Under the pieces are notes generated by a model, which had not been told where the DNA came from, ran no database searches, and was given only the letters and a program-made list of their open reading frames with translations. From the NCBI GenBank assembly GCA_963664015.2, contig CAXXLF010000001.1, positions 1,024,001-1,088,000 of the forward strand: DNA of 64,000 bases. The letters run 5' to 3'. This document shows, piece by piece, positions 1 to 11,604 of the stretch (the stretch's first letter is position 1; every line of letters starts with the position of its first letter). The position numbers and the translations under genes are program-made. Source of the DNA: Candidatus Binatia bacterium (GTDB lineage Bacteria; Desulfobacterota; Binatia; UBA9968; CAXXLF01).

Positions 1-224
1 TGAGTTTTGGATCCCTTCAAGAGACCCTCCAGTTGTAGAGCCTGCTCTTTGTCAGCGATACTCACCCATTCGGGTGCGAACTCCAGGGCCTGTTGAGCCA
101 AGACCTCCAGTTTTCGGCCGGCGGCCAGTCCACTTACCTTGAATAGGTCGGGAAAGCTCCGCACTAACTTGAGTGTGCTGACTCCGATGGAACCGGTAGA
201 ACCTAGAATTGAGATTGATTTCAT
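1..224 (-). CDS. dxr: 1-deoxy-D-xylulose-5-phosphate reductoisomerase, 5' part (runs off window)
   Basis: Manual translation from ATG at 224 gives MKSISILGSTGSIGVSTL..., the Dxr NADPH-binding N-terminus. ATGA overlap with the cdsA stop; conserved uppS-cdsA-dxr synteny. Confidence 0.93.
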   Translation of the reverse strand, partial: MKSISILGSTGSIGVSTLKLVRSFPDLFKVSGLAAGRKLEVLAQQALEFAPEWVSIADKEQALQLEGLLKGSKT

Positions 225-1018
225 GGATGGAGCACCTTTACGTAATAAGCTATAAACGCAGCTGGGAAAATGATGCTATCGATACGGTCCAACAATCCTC
301 CGTGGCCGGGCAATAATCTACCCGAATCCTTCACACCGAAAACCCGCTTGATCCACGACTCAAATAGGTCTCCAATTTGAGCCAAGAAACCCACTACACC
401 CGCAAGAAGGACCACCTCCAACCAGCTTAAAGCCGGAAGTAAAAACATTGCACCGAAAAACCCGGCGATCATGCTGGCCACCCCACCGCCTATCGCCCCC
501 TCCACGGTTTTTCCCGGACTGACCTCAGGATACAATTTTCTTTTGCCTAGCGCCATCCCTGTGAAATAAGCTGCCGTATCTCCCGATGCCGCAACCAGCA
601 GAATAAAAAAGACCCATTCGGTACCCTGAGAAGTTCCATATGTCACAACAATGTGCGGGAAAAGATATCCCAGATAAAAAACCCCCAATAGTGTCCAACC
701 CAAATGGCAATATCGTTGCTCCAACTCCCCGGCGGAGAAAAGGTAGCCGCAGAAACCGACAAGGACCACCGGTACCACGAATAACCCGGGTTCAGCCAAT
801 CCCGGCACGAGGATTGACATGGAAAGAACAACGCCCATAAAGATCCCCAACAACCGTTCCTTACGGTTTTTGGGAAAGGCCATACGAAAATACTCAGCTA
901 GAGCAACCGCAGTGGTTAAAAAAACGAGGACGGAGAAGAGATACCAGACGTGCCCAAAGGTGATGATGGCGACGAGGAGGGGAATCGCAACGAGAGCCGT
1001 GGCCACCCTAGCCCGCAT
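221..1018 (-). CDS. cdsA: Phosphatidate cytidylyltransferase
   Basis: Hydrophobic protein with SPGKTVEG and DLFESWIKRVFGVKDSGRLLPGHGGLLDRIDS motifs. Confidence 0.96.
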   Translation of the reverse strand: MRARVATALVAIPLLVAIITFGHVWYLFSVLVFLTTAVALAEYFRMAFPKNRKERLLGIFMGVVLSMSILVPGLAEPGLFVVPVVLVGFCGYLFSAGELEQRYCHLGWTLLGVFYLGYLFPHIVVTYGTSQGTEWVFFILLVAASGDTAAYFTGMALGKRKLYPEVSPGKTVEGAIGGGVASMIAGFFGAMFLLPALSWLEVVLLAGVVGFLAQIGDLFESWIKRVFGVKDSGRLLPGHGGLLDRIDSIIFPAAFIAYYVKVLHP

Positions 1019-1053
1019 GCAGTTTCCTCGCAGTGTAGGTGAGAGAGGGTCCC

Positions 1054-1791
1054 TCAGATTTCCTGCTCATCGGTCCTCCCAAATCTCCTCTTACGCCGTT
1101 GGAACTCGACCAATGCCTGGACATACTGGGCTTCTCGAAAGTCAGGCCAAAGAACTGGTGTCACATAAAGCTCTGTGTATGGGATCTGCCAGAGAAAAAA
1201 ATTACTGATCCGCATTTCTCCGCTGGTGCGAATAAGGAGATCGGGATTCGGAATAGATGCAGTCTCCGTATACGATGTGATCATGGCTTCGTCAATCTCC
1301 TCCGGATCGCAGTTCCCGTCTTTAACATTTCTAGCGATCTGGCGAACCATTTTGACAATATCGTGACGGCCACTATAGCTTAAGGCCAAATTCACCGTAA
1401 TTCGCTTATTGTCCTTGGTAACGTCAATGATGGTTTCCAAAACCGATCGAACGGATGACGGCAGTCGGTCTCTCTCCCCGATAGCCATAAGCCGTACCCC
1501 TTTACGCATCATCCTGGCCTTTTCGTCCCACAGGTAACGTTCCAACAACCCCATTAGTGCTCCCACTTCCTCTTTGGGGCGGTGCCAATTATCAGTTGAA
1601 AATGCGTACAAGGAAAGATAGGGGATACCGAGCTTACGGCTCATTTCAACGACGGATTTTACTGACGATCGGCCTCTCCGGTGACCTTCAATACGGCTTT
1701 TTCCCCTTAACCTAGCCCACCGCCCGTTGCCATCCATGATGATCGCGACGTGTTTGGGCAATCTACTTTTGTCTAGGCCCTGAAGATTCAT
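1054..1791 (-). CDS. uppS: Undecaprenyl diphosphate synthase
   Basis: HVAIIMDGNGRWA, YAFSTDNW, PDLLIRTSGEMRISNFFLWQ. Start placed at MNLQG (1791). Confidence 0.96.
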   Translation of the reverse strand: MNLQGLDKSRLPKHVAIIMDGNGRWARLRGKSRIEGHRRGRSSVKSVVEMSRKLGIPYLSLYAFSTDNWHRPKEEVGALMGLLERYLWDEKARMMRKGVRLMAIGERDRLPSSVRSVLETIIDVTKDNKRITVNLALSYSGRHDIVKMVRQIARNVKDGNCDPEEIDEAMITSYTETASIPNPDLLIRTSGEMRISNFFLWQIPYTELYVTPVLWPDFREAQYVQALVEFQRRKRRFGRTDEQEI

Positions 1792-1829
1792 GCTATGCAG
1801 GAATTGATGGAGAGGATTATGGAGAGAGA

Positions 1830-2387
1830 TCAAACCTCCATGATCTCGTCTGCTTTAGTCTTAAGCACTTTCTCGACCTGCCCGATAAACTCATCGGTCA
1901 ACTTTTGGATTCGATCTTGAGACTGCTTGACCTCATCTTCAGTAATTTCCTTGTTCTTTTGCAATTCTTTCAGCTTTTCAATGGCCACACGCCTGTGATT
2001 GCGCCCGGAGACGCGGAACTCTTCGGCCAGCTTCTTTACATGTTTGGCTAGCTCCCTGCGTCGTTCTTCGCTCAACTCGGGGATGGGTATCCGGATTACT
2101 TTACCATCATTGGAAGGTGTCAGGCCCAGGTCCGCTTTAAGGATGGCCTTTTCGATCTGGGCCATGGCTCCCTGATCGTACACTTGGATGACCAGCAAGC
2201 GCGCTTCGGGCACCGAAAGACTCCCCAGTTGATTCAGGGGGGTTTGGCTCCCGTAATAATCGACCATGATACCTTCCAAGAGACCTGTCGAAGCCCGGCT
2301 GGTTCGCACCGTAGCCAGGTCCTTTCGGAAAGCTAACAACGTCCGATCCATTTCGCTTTTTAATTCCGAGAAAAAGGACTCGTTCAT
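1830..2387 (-). CDS. frr: Ribosome recycling factor
   Basis: [41 protein letters not shown]. Start at 2387 overlaps the pyrH stop. Confidence 0.96.
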   Translation of the reverse strand: MNESFFSELKSEMDRTLLAFRKDLATVRTSRASTGLLEGIMVDYYGSQTPLNQLGSLSVPEARLLVIQVYDQGAMAQIEKAILKADLGLTPSNDGKVIRIPIPELSEERRRELAKHVKKLAEEFRVSGRNHRRVAIEKLKELQKNKEITEDEVKQSQDRIQKLTDEFIGQVEKVLKTKADEIMEV

Positions 2388-3115
2388 TTGTCCCCCATAG
2401 TAACAAGGGTGCCAATTTTTTCTCCGCAAATCACCTTTCGGATATTGCCCTTTTCCAGAATATTAAACACGACGATGGGAAGACGGTTGTCCATACAGAG
2501 GGAAACCGCTGTCGAATCCATTATCTTGAGTTCTTTGCTCAGCAGCTCCATATGAGACAGCTGACCGTACATTTTGGCTTCGCTGCTTTTCAGGGGATCG
2601 GCGTCATAGACGCCGTGAACCTTTGTGGCCTTGAGAATAACCTCCGCTCCCAATTCCATAGCACGAAGACTTGCGGTGGTATCGGTAGTGAAATAAGGAT
2701 TGCCCGTACCAGCCGCAAGGATCACTACCCGTCGTTTCTCCAAGTGGCGAACTGCTCTGCGGCGAATATAGGGTTCAGCAACTTGACGCATCTCGATGGC
2801 CGTCATAACGCGGGTGGATACGTCAGCTTTTTCTAAAGCATCCTGCAATGCAAGACTGTTGATTACGGTTGCCAGCATACCCATGTAGTCGGCGCTGGCA
2901 CGATCCATACCGCCCTCGCTGGCCTTGGATCCGCGCAGGATATTGCCCCCGCCCATAACCAGGGCCACCTCACAACCCAGTTCATGGACTTCCTTAACCT
3001 CTTCGCCGAAATCCTTGACCGTTTTACCGTCTATGCCGTGCTTCTGTGCCCCAGAGAGAACCTCACCCGTAACCTTTAAGATCACTCGCTTATACTTCAG
3101 GTTCCCACTGGCCAT
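2384..3115 (-). CDS. pyrH: Uridylate kinase
   Basis: [41 protein letters not shown]. Confidence 0.97.
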   Translation of the reverse strand: MASGNLKYKRVILKVTGEVLSGAQKHGIDGKTVKDFGEEVKEVHELGCEVALVMGGGNILRGSKASEGGMDRASADYMGMLATVINSLALQDALEKADVSTRVMTAIEMRQVAEPYIRRRAVRHLEKRRVVILAAGTGNPYFTTDTTASLRAMELGAEVILKATKVHGVYDADPLKSSEAKMYGQLSHMELLSKELKIMDSTAVSLCMDNRLPIVVFNILEKGNIRKVICGEKIGTLVTMGDK

Positions 3116-3132
3116 CCGAACTCCATTCGTCT

Positions 3133-3744
3133 CTAAGATTGCTTTGAGGCCCCTTCCCCAACATGGAATCGCACGAAGCGGCGCACCTGTATATTCTCGC
3201 CAATACGGCTGACGGCTTCTTTAATGAGGCCTCCCACATTGACATCCGAGTCTTTGATGAACTCCTGCTCCAAGAGGCAGACCTCTGAGTAAAAACGCTC
3301 CATCTTCCCGTCAACGATTTTCGCGAGCACTTTTTCCGGTTTTCCCGACTCGAGAGCCTGCTGGTGATAGATCTCTCGTTCTCTAGTCAACTCATCCTCA
3401 GGGACATCTTCTTTCCGGATATAACGCGGATTAGCCGCAGCGATTTGCATGGCAATATCCTTCAACAGGGCTTGGAATTCAGGAGTGCGTGCCACAAAAT
3501 CAGTCTCGCAATTGAGCTCTACCAGAACTCCGATCTTCCCTCCGCCATGGAGATAGGAACCCACCAGCCCTTCAGCCGCATCTCTCCCCTCTTTTTTGGC
3601 GGCCGAGGCCAACCCCTTTTGACGAAGATAATCAACGGCTTTCTCAAGGTCTCCTGCAGACTCCTGCAACGCCCTTTTGCAATCCATGATACCGGCGCCG
3701 GTCTTTACCCGTAGATCTCTCACATTTTCCGCTGTGATTTCCAT
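3133..3744 (-). CDS. tsf: Elongation factor Ts (short form)
   Basis: [27 protein letters not shown]. Confidence 0.97.
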   Translation of the reverse strand: MEITAENVRDLRVKTGAGIMDCKRALQESAGDLEKAVDYLRQKGLASAAKKEGRDAAEGLVGSYLHGGGKIGVLVELNCETDFVARTPEFQALLKDIAMQIAAANPRYIRKEDVPEDELTREREIYHQQALESGKPEKVLAKIVDGKMERFYSEVCLLEQEFIKDSDVNVGGLIKEAVSRIGENIQVRRFVRFHVGEGASKQS

Positions 3745-3829
3745 CCCACTTAACCCCGTTGGAAAAATTTATTCGCTTCTACGCCTGTCCCACTAAGTCC
3801 TGAAAATAATTTTTCGAATCTATTCGAAG

Positions 3830-3851
3830 CCAACCTGAAGGCCCAGGTTGG
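3830..3851 (-). terminator. rpsB-tsf intercistronic hairpin (possible attenuator)
   Basis: CCAACCTG-aaggcc-CAGGTTGG 8-bp stem just downstream of the rpsB stop. Confidence 0.45.
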
Positions 3852-3876
3852 TTCTCCATCTCTTGCTGAAGAGGGT

Positions 3877-4674
3877 TTAATTTTCCCCGGGAGCAGCGTT
3901 TTCCGCAGCTACGAGCTCCATCGGGGGTTCCACGGTCGCTTCCGCAGCCTCGGCCTTTTCCTGAGCCTGTGCGGCCAATGTCTGTTCGTAAACGGCCTTC
4001 CCTTCAATTACCGCGTTCGCCACGGCCGAGCAGAAGAGTCGAATGGCCCGTATCGCATCGTCGTTACCAGGTACCTTATAATCAACAAGATCCGGATCGC
4101 AGTCTGTGTCAATAACGGCAACGACTGGGATTCCCAGTTTTCTAGCCTCACGAACGGCAATAGCTTCCTGTTTGGGATCGATGACAAATATTGCATCGGG
4201 CAATTTTTTGATATTTTTGATCCCGCCCAAGAAGCGTTCCAGTTTTTCCCTTTCCCGGCTCAAACCCAGCAACTCCTTCTTGGTAAGGGCCTCGGCAATC
4301 TTGGGGTCGGTTCCCATTTCGGTGATCTTTTTAAGGCGCTCGATACTTTTGCGCACCGTCTGAAAATTCGTCAGGGTGCCGCCCAACCATCGATGATAGA
4401 CGTAGTACATTCCACAGCGCCCAGCTTCTTCTTTGATGGTGTCCTGAGCTTGTTTTTTGGTTCCGACGAATAGGATTTGCCCTCCAGCGGCAACCAGATC
4501 CCGGACAAAGTCAACAACATCGGTGATCATCCTTACGGTCTGCTGAAGGTCCACGATATGGATGCCATTGCGGGCGCCGAAGATATAGGGTTTCATTTTC
4601 GGGTTCCAACGACTGGTCTGATGCCCGAAATGCACCCCTGCCTCAAGAAGCTGTTTCATAGAAATTTCTGTCAT
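3877..4674 (-). CDS. rpsB: 30S ribosomal protein S2
   Basis: [47 protein letters not shown]. Start placed at 4674. Confidence 0.97.
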   Translation of the reverse strand: MTEISMKQLLEAGVHFGHQTSRWNPKMKPYIFGARNGIHIVDLQQTVRMITDVVDFVRDLVAAGGQILFVGTKKQAQDTIKEEAGRCGMYYVYHRWLGGTLTNFQTVRKSIERLKKITEMGTDPKIAEALTKKELLGLSREREKLERFLGGIKNIKKLPDAIFVIDPKQEAIAVREARKLGIPVVAVIDTDCDPDLVDYKVPGNDDAIRAIRLFCSAVANAVIEGKAVYEQTLAAQAQEKAEAAEATVEPPMELVAAENAAPGEN

Positions 4675-4920
4675 AATAGTCCCTTTTATATACTCTTCAT
4701 CATCGAACTGGATGTTCTTTCCCTTCCCCACCGACGTCCCACTGGGCGGGATGGACAGTATTCAACACCCTATGCAAACAAAACACCTTTCCAAATCTAT
4801 CATTGGCCTACCGGATTCCGGCCAGAGCCGAAAAACCCTAGAGATGTTGCGCTTTTAGCAAATATTCAATGCTGCTGCAAGAGGCAAGGAGAGCTGAAAG
4901 GCTTGGGTGGTCGGAAATCG

Positions 4921-6246
4921 TCACTGACTCATAGAATCGAGGAACTCCTTGTTATCCTTGGTCCCACGCATCTTATCCAACAAAAACTCCATGGCCTCTA
5001 CCACGCTTAACTGAGACAACACCTTACGAAGTATCCAGATCCGATTGAGATCCTCCTGAGGAATGAGCAACTCTTCCTTCCTTGTGCCTGACTTATTAAT
5101 ATCGACGGCCGGGAACACGCGCTTGTCCATAAGGCGCCGATCCAAGAGGATCTCCATATTTCCCGTCCCTTTGAACTCTTCAAAGATAACCTCATCCATT
5201 CGGCTACCAGTGTCGATTAGAGCTGTGGCAATGATCGTGAGGCTTCCGCCATCTTCGATATTGCGTGCGGCACCGAAAAACTTCTTTGGTTTGTGCAGCG
5301 CATTGGAATCCACGCCGCCGGACAGTATCTTTCCGCTTGGCGGGACTACTGTGTTGTATGCCCGTGCCAGACGCGTAATACTGTCGAGCAAAATCACCAC
5401 ATCCTTTCCATGCTCCACCAACCGTTTGGCTTTCTCGATAACCATTTCTGCTACTTGGACATGTCGCGTTGCCGGCTCATCGAACGTGGAGCTGACGACC
5501 TCGCCTTCCACGGAGCGCTGCATATCGGTCACTTCCTCCGGCCGCTCATCAATCAGCAGCACGATCAAGACCACCTCTTCGTGATTGTGGGCGATAGCCT
5601 TGGCCACATTCTGCAGCATCATGGTTTTACCAGTCCGTGGGGCAGCTACGATCAGCCCTCTCTGCCCTTTCCCGATTGGGGTAAAGAGGTCAACAATTCG
5701 GGTAGTGAATCCATCCGGTTCGCATTCGAGTTTGAGGCGATCGTCAGGATAGAGGGGAAGCAGGTTGTCGAAGAGGATCTTATCCCGGGCCTTGTCAGGG
5801 TCCTCATAATTGATGGTTTCGACCTTGAGAAGGGCAAAGTACCGTTCGCCTTCCTTGGGGGGACGAATCTGTCCGGCAATAATGTCCCCCGTTCCCAGGC
5901 CAAAGCGTCTAATCTGGCTCGGTGAAACGTAGATGTCATCGGGACCAGGCAGGTAATTATAATCGGGAGCCCGGAGAAATCCGAAACCGTCCGGCAGGGT
6001 TTCCAGCACCCCTTCGCCACAGATAAATCCGTTCTTCTCGGTCTGGGCCTGAAGGATTGCAAAGATAAGCTCCTGGCGCCGCATACTGCCGGCCCCTTCT
6101 ACATTCAGGTTCTTGCCAAGCAGGGCCAGCTCACCGATCTTTTTCCCCTTCATTGTGGACAGATTCAGACCGTTCTGATCGGGCGTCTCCAGCTCAGATT
6201 GATTCTTTGCAGTTGCGATAGAAGCACCTCTCTTTGCAGTGCTCAA
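4921..6246 (-). CDS. rho: Transcription termination factor Rho
   Basis: [48 protein letters not shown]. Confidence 0.98.
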   Translation of the reverse strand: MSTAKRGASIATAKNQSELETPDQNGLNLSTMKGKKIGELALLGKNLNVEGAGSMRRQELIFAILQAQTEKNGFICGEGVLETLPDGFGFLRAPDYNYLPGPDDIYVSPSQIRRFGLGTGDIIAGQIRPPKEGERYFALLKVETINYEDPDKARDKILFDNLLPLYPDDRLKLECEPDGFTTRIVDLFTPIGKGQRGLIVAAPRTGKTMMLQNVAKAIAHNHEEVVLIVLLIDERPEEVTDMQRSVEGEVVSSTFDEPATRHVQVAEMVIEKAKRLVEHGKDVVILLDSITRLARAYNTVVPPSGKILSGGVDSNALHKPKKFFGAARNIEDGGSLTIIATALIDTGSRMDEVIFEEFKGTGNMEILLDRRLMDKRVFPAVDINKSGTRKEELLIPQEDLNRIWILRKVLSQLSVVEAMEFLLDKMRGTKDNKEFLDSMSQ

Positions 6247-6585
6247 GGTAGACCTCCTAATTCGTTCGACTCAATTTTAGTATTGTTGATCTTATAAACC
6301 ACGGAATGCCGCGAACCCAACGAGGCACCCTTACAATCAAACTAGATATTGATTTACCTGACACCCTTATTCATCGAGCAGGAAGACACTGGCATGATCA
6401 GTCGACTTCAGTCGACTCAGGAATAGACTCCAGACGTGAGTTCTTGTTGTGAATTCCGAATCAAGTTTTTTACCGGGGTCTACGATGATTACTTCAGGTG
6501 AATGAGGGATTGTTTCCAGGGAATGATTAACAAATTTCATTTTAAGAAATATCCAACTCTTTGTCAACCCCTCCCCCATTTAACA

Positions 6586-7686
6586 TCACCGATTAAGATC
6601 GCAGCGGTTTCCATTCATGGCATGCTGTCGTAATCCTTCTAGGAGCCGAACCATGTCCGGGAACCATGGGGCTTTCACGTCGAGCGGCTCTCCCGATCTC
6701 GGATGGGTGAATCGAAGCCTATCCGCATGGAGCGCTTGGCGGGAAAAATCAACGAGCCCTGAGACCCCCAACAGCCCTTTCCGTTCGGGGCCCACGCTTT
6801 TTCCGCCATATACCTTATCCTGAAGCACCGGGTAACCCTCATCCGCTAGATGAACTCTGATCTGATGGGTTCGCCCCGTGTGGGGCCTGACGCGCAACAA
6901 ACTGACCCAACCCTGCGGACCCAGCAGAGGGTCCAAGCAAAAAACTTGCTCCATTTCCCATTTGGTAATTGCGGGTCTTTTTCGTGCAAGGGAATAGAGG
7001 CTGGACATTTTCTTGCGGTCCGTCCGATGGCGCCCTATGGGGCGGTCAATAGTCCCCTTTTTCGGTTGCACCTTGCCCCACACAAACGCCACGTATTCTT
7101 TGGCAACGGACCGGTCCTTGAACTGGCCGGCGATCCGTTGAAAGGCCGTTTCGTTTTTTGCCACAACCATCACCCCCGACGTCTCTTTATCCAAACGATG
7201 CACAATCCCGGGCCTTCGCTCTCCCCCGATACCTTGTAGGTCCGGGCAATGATGGAGCAGCGCATTGACCAGCGTCCCGCGAGGGTTCCCCGCAGCTGGA
7301 TGAACCACCATACCGGGGGGTTTATTGACCAACAGCAGGTCCTCATCTTCAAAAAGGATGGGTAGAAAAAGGGGCTCGGCTACCAATCGTGTCTCTTGAG
7401 GAGAGACCCATTGGACCTCGATACAATCGCTCGATTTCAGCTTTACGCTCGATTTTACTAGCTGTCCATTGACCTTCACACATCCCCGGGTGATCAACTT
7501 TTGAACGGCCGATCGGCTCAGATCTACGGAGCCCGATTTCACATCTGCTTCCAACGGTGCCGCCGAGGATTCCTTGGATCTGTGAGTCGAAACCCCTTCC
7601 CCAAGGGAATCGAATAAGCGATGGGCTAAGAAAGCATCCAGACGCATGCCAGTGTGCTCATCTCCGACTGTGACACGATGGATCAT
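6586..7686 (-). CDS. rluD: RluA-family 23S rRNA pseudouridine synthase
   Basis: S4 domain, VNKPPGMVVHP, HRLDKETSG, TGRTHQIRVH, RQALHA. Confidence 0.9.
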   Translation of the reverse strand: MIHRVTVGDEHTGMRLDAFLAHRLFDSLGEGVSTHRSKESSAAPLEADVKSGSVDLSRSAVQKLITRGCVKVNGQLVKSSVKLKSSDCIEVQWVSPQETRLVAEPLFLPILFEDEDLLLVNKPPGMVVHPAAGNPRGTLVNALLHHCPDLQGIGGERRPGIVHRLDKETSGVMVVAKNETAFQRIAGQFKDRSVAKEYVAFVWGKVQPKKGTIDRPIGRHRTDRKKMSSLYSLARKRPAITKWEMEQVFCLDPLLGPQGWVSLLRVRPHTGRTHQIRVHLADEGYPVLQDKVYGGKSVGPERKGLLGVSGLVDFSRQALHADRLRFTHPRSGEPLDVKAPWFPDMVRLLEGLRQHAMNGNRCDLNR

Positions 7687-8642
7687 CAGTTGTTGAATTC
7701 GACGGTCTCGGCGACGGGGAGGTTCCGTAACACCGTTTGCGCCTCTTGGACATCATGATGCATCTGGTCGACCAGCAGATCGGTCGACGAAAACTTCTTT
7801 TGTTCCCGGATTCGCTTCACGAACGATAACCGCACAGGTTGATCGTACAAGTCTCCGTCGAAATCAAACAGAAAAGTCTCCAGGGTCCGCGGGCCCTCGC
7901 CAAAGGTCGGATTGTTCCCAAGGCTGGTTACGCTCGACCACCACTGCCCCTGGACCCGGAGAAAGGTTGCATAAATTCCGTCTGAGGGCACAACCTCGGC
8001 ACGTGTGGAAATATTGGCCGTCGGAAATCCGAGGGTTCTTCCCCGCTGATGGCCACCGACGACGCGACCGGAAACAAAATGATAACGTCCCAGGTAACGT
8101 TTCACCGAATGAACCTCCCCCTGCTCGATGAGCGCCCGAATGCGGGTGCTGCTGATACGTTGGCCCTGATCTAGGACAGGCTCCATAATCTTGACGTCAA
8201 ATCCACTCTGCGGCCCCCATCGGATCAGACTTTCCACATTCCCTCTTCGCCCACCCCCAAAACGGAACTCCTTCCCCACCCATATCCTGTGAATCTTAAG
8301 CCCTTCAACCAAGTACCGCTGGACAAAATCCTGAGCCTCGACTGCCGCAAACACCCTATTGAACTCCTGAATAACCACCGCATCCACGCCCATCGACTGA
8401 AGTAGCAGCATCTTGTCTTTGTGCCTCAAGATCAACTTGGGTGCCCGCTGGGGAGCCAACAGCTTGAGTGGATGCGGTTCAAAGGTCAGCACCACGGCAT
8501 CCCCGCCAACCTCTTTGGCGTCTCGGACCAGCCGCTTTAGCAGCGCTTGATGCCCCAAATGGATACCATCAAAGTTGCCCATAGTCAGGACCGGCTTTGA
8601 GACTGAGAGTCGTCGATCCAAAATATGACGAAAAATCTCCAT
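7686..8642 (-). CDS. ribF: Bifunctional riboflavin kinase/FAD synthetase
   Basis: GNFDGIHLGHQ, TFEPHP, ISSTRIR, GRTLGFPTAN. Confidence 0.96.
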   Translation of the reverse strand: MEIFRHILDRRLSVSKPVLTMGNFDGIHLGHQALLKRLVRDAKEVGGDAVVLTFEPHPLKLLAPQRAPKLILRHKDKMLLLQSMGVDAVVIQEFNRVFAAVEAQDFVQRYLVEGLKIHRIWVGKEFRFGGGRRGNVESLIRWGPQSGFDVKIMEPVLDQGQRISSTRIRALIEQGEVHSVKRYLGRYHFVSGRVVGGHQRGRTLGFPTANISTRAEVVPSDGIYATFLRVQGQWWSSVTSLGNNPTFGEGPRTLETFLFDFDGDLYDQPVRLSFVKRIREQKKFSSTDLLVDQMHHDVQEAQTVLRNLPVAETVEFNN

Positions 8643-8764
8643 GACAAATCACAGGAACTTGCAGCCATCAAGCAACAACCATTTTCCTCTGTTTCAATAC
8701 TGGCAGCTGTTGGCGAGAGGCTAAACAGGGAACGGACGGATAGGCCCCGACAATGTGAGAGGGG

Positions 8765-9625
8765 CTAGGACTCCAGGGTTTTGACTTTTTGCTGCGCGAG
8801 CACCGCCTCTTGGGATTGCGGGTAAAGGGCAATGAGTTCCTGGAGAATCAGACGGGCATCACCCTTGTCTCCCAGTTCTGCAAAGGCAAAGCCCTGCTTA
8901 AGCAAAGCTGCCGGGACTTTGTCTCCGCTAGAATACTTTCGCCGCACTGCATCAAATTCCAGAATCGCCTGGTCAAATTGCTTCAAGGCGTAATGACTTT
9001 CCCCGATCCAATATTGGGCATTGTCGGCGTAATCGCTCTTTGGATGCTTCACAATAAACTCTTTGAACCGGATAATCGCATTCCGGTAATCTTTGTTATC
9101 AAGCGTCTTTCTGGCTTGTTCATAATCCACACGCGCCGGATCCGCCCGTTCCGGGGTCGGCATCGAACGTGACTCGGTCGGGTTACGGCGCGTCAACGTG
9201 GCCAACTCAGATCCCACTCCCGTGGCTCTTAGGACAGCCTTCCTGAGGACCTGCAATTCCTGTTCCCGTGCCTTGAGCAGAGTCCCTTGGGCTCTGAGCT
9301 CATCATCAATTCGTACGATCCGGTCTTCCAGATCCACTACCTTTTGCTCTCGCTGTTGGGAGGATTCGCCCAATTGACGGTCTATTTGGTGGCGCATCTC
9401 ATCGGACCATCCCCTCAAGGCATTCAATTGGCTTTGCATCTCCTGGATGGAAGCGCGGGAATCGGCCAGTTGAGCCCGAACCCCATCAAGGTCCTTACGG
9501 AGTTGTGAGTTCTCAGTTCTGAGACTGCGTTGTTCCCTTTCAACTAGTGTCATTTCTTGAGGCCCAACACAGGCGCTCAAAAGGAGGCTTACCGTCAAAG
9601 CGGGAATAGAAGTCATCCACTTCAT
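8765..9625 (-). CDS. cpoB: Tol-Pal system protein YbgF/CpoB (lipoprotein, coiled coil + TPR)
   Basis: Lipobox LLLSAC, coiled coil, TPR YADNAQYWIGE; directly follows pal. Confidence 0.88.
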   Translation of the reverse strand: MKWMTSIPALTVSLLLSACVGPQEMTLVEREQRSLRTENSQLRKDLDGVRAQLADSRASIQEMQSQLNALRGWSDEMRHQIDRQLGESSQQREQKVVDLEDRIVRIDDELRAQGTLLKAREQELQVLRKAVLRATGVGSELATLTRRNPTESRSMPTPERADPARVDYEQARKTLDNKDYRNAIIRFKEFIVKHPKSDYADNAQYWIGESHYALKQFDQAILEFDAVRRKYSSGDKVPAALLKQGFAFAELGDKGDARLILQELIALYPQSQEAVLAQQKVKTLES

Positions 9626-9672
9626 AGCAGTACCCCCGTATGATTCAGAAGATGGAGATTCACTTAATGAGA

Positions 9673-10260
9673 TTAGGAAGCAGGCCCGAAACCGATAATC
9701 ACAAAATGGATTCGCCGGTTTTTCTGCCAGCATGTTTCACTCTTCGTCTTGCAAACCGGCAATTCTTCACCATAACTGATAGTCGATAATCGATTGGAAC
9801 CAATCCCCAATGTTACCAGGTAGTCCTTCACGGCCTGAGCCCTTCTGGCACCGAGGGCGAGATTGTATTCGTTGCCCCCCTTCTCATCCGCATGCCCCTC
9901 AATTTCAATCCGCCCGCGGGGATTGTTCTGAAGCCAGCGGGCATTAGCATTAAGGGTTTCCCGCGCTTCCGGACGAAGAGTAAAACGATTGAATTCAAAA
10001 TAGATGTCCTGAAGTGAGCTGGACTTGCTAGAGGAAGAGGTGGAGGGAATTTCCGAACCCCGTTGAAAAGCCTCCAAACTTCGGGCCTGGGCCGATGGCG
10101 GGACCTCACTGGAACTGATCCCCCGCTCCCCACCACCCGTCGCTCCTGATTGATCAGAGGAAGAGGAAGAACTGCCCATCATCCCTGGGACACAGCCCAC
10201 GAGAGAAACCGAACTCGCCAGGACAAAAACACTCAGTGGAAAATTCCACCGATAAATCAT
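9673..10260 (-). CDS. pal: Peptidoglycan-associated lipoprotein
   Basis: Lipobox LVGC; OmpA domain IEGHADEKG..YNLALGARRA, ISYGEELP, NRR. Confidence 0.95.
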   Translation of the reverse strand: MIYRWNFPLSVFVLASSVSLVGCVPGMMGSSSSSSDQSGATGGGERGISSSEVPPSAQARSLEAFQRGSEIPSTSSSSKSSSLQDIYFEFNRFTLRPEARETLNANARWLQNNPRGRIEIEGHADEKGGNEYNLALGARRAQAVKDYLVTLGIGSNRLSTISYGEELPVCKTKSETCWQKNRRIHFVIIGFGPAS

Positions 10261-10286
10261 GGGAACCTCCTTCTCCACAGGACCTC

Positions 10287-11597
10287 CTACTGCAAACGAG
10301 GAGACCACGATGGGTTTGTATCATCTCCGGAGGAGCCTGTCAATATTCGTTGGTTATCACCGTTGGCACGCATAACGTAAACTTGGTACCGGCCAGTGCG
10401 GTTGGAGCTAAAAACGATATACCTTCCATCGGGAGACCAAGATGGATCCTCGTTATCGCCTGCATTGGCGGTAAGTTGTCGAGGATCACCGCCCTGTGAG
10501 GGGATGGAGAATATGTTAAACCGACCATCGGACATACCCGCATAGGTAATCTTATCCACTTTCGCTGACCATTCCGGCGATGTGTTGTACTTTCCTGAAT
10601 AGGTCAGTCGCCTGGTTTTCAACGTCGAAATGTCAATGATATAAATTTGCGGCCGGCCGCTTCGATTAGAGACAAATGCCACCTGGTCCCCCTTCAGCGA
10701 CCAGGTGGGAGAGACATCGATTCCGGTACTACGGGTCAATCGTTTGACGATCTTTCCTTTGGAATCGAGCAGATAAATATCCACGTTGCCCTTGTTTTCC
10801 AAAGACAAGGCGATTCGCTTGCCATCGGCAGACCAACTCCCGCTTAGGTTAAGCCCCTTTCGCCCGGAAAACTCGATATCACTACCTGAAGTAAAATCAT
10901 AACGATAGACCTTAGGCTTGCCGTCCTTATAGGAAGTATAGAGAACGCTGCGCCCGTTGGGAGACCAGGAAGGCGACAGATTAATGGAGCGGTTGTTGGT
11001 TACCTGTTCCCTATCGGTACCATCCAGGTGTGCTACGTAAATTTCCTTGAAACGTCCAGCTCCCGTGGACACGTAGGTGATGCGTGTATCGAAGGCGCCT
11101 CTGACACCGGTGAATTGAAATATAATCTCATCGACAAACTTATGCGCCATACGCCGATAGTCTTGGATCTGCCCCGTGTATCTCTTTCCGCCCCTCTGTC
11201 TTCTCTGAAATACGTCGAATAGTCGGAACTCGGTGATGAGCACACCATCTTTGAGCTCAAATCCTCCCTTCACGAGCGCCTCTGCTCCGAGGGTAGACCA
11301 GTCACGAAAATCGAAGCGCCCCAATCTGATCCCGCTGGTCTTGGGATCTTCAAGATACGTTGCCCGATCGATAATACGAAACCAACCGGAGAGATCCAGG
11401 TCGCGGGCGATGATATCCGCAATCCCCTCGGAAAACTTTGGATCGTCCATTGCGGGACCTAGATTTTTGAGCAGTGACACGGCAATGGGGTATCGCTGGG
11501 CGCCCGGACCCACGATCAAACCCTTGACCTGAGCCTCGACCCGCATGGCAGCGGACACTACCAAAAGCATTACAAGTGCAAAAATAATCCTTCGCAT
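10287..11597 (-). CDS. tolB: Tol-Pal beta-propeller protein TolB
   Basis: Signal peptide, repeated PD40 motifs (SPSWSPNG, DPSWSPDG); synteny. Confidence 0.95.
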   Translation of the reverse strand: MRRIIFALVMLLVVSAAMRVEAQVKGLIVGPGAQRYPIAVSLLKNLGPAMDDPKFSEGIADIIARDLDLSGWFRIIDRATYLEDPKTSGIRLGRFDFRDWSTLGAEALVKGGFELKDGVLITEFRLFDVFQRRQRGGKRYTGQIQDYRRMAHKFVDEIIFQFTGVRGAFDTRITYVSTGAGRFKEIYVAHLDGTDREQVTNNRSINLSPSWSPNGRSVLYTSYKDGKPKVYRYDFTSGSDIEFSGRKGLNLSGSWSADGKRIALSLENKGNVDIYLLDSKGKIVKRLTRSTGIDVSPTWSLKGDQVAFVSNRSGRPQIYIIDISTLKTRRLTYSGKYNTSPEWSAKVDKITYAGMSDGRFNIFSIPSQGGDPRQLTANAGDNEDPSWSPDGRYIVFSSNRTGRYQVYVMRANGDNQRILTGSSGDDTNPSWSPRLQ

Positions 11598-11604
11598 TGC
11601 GGGA

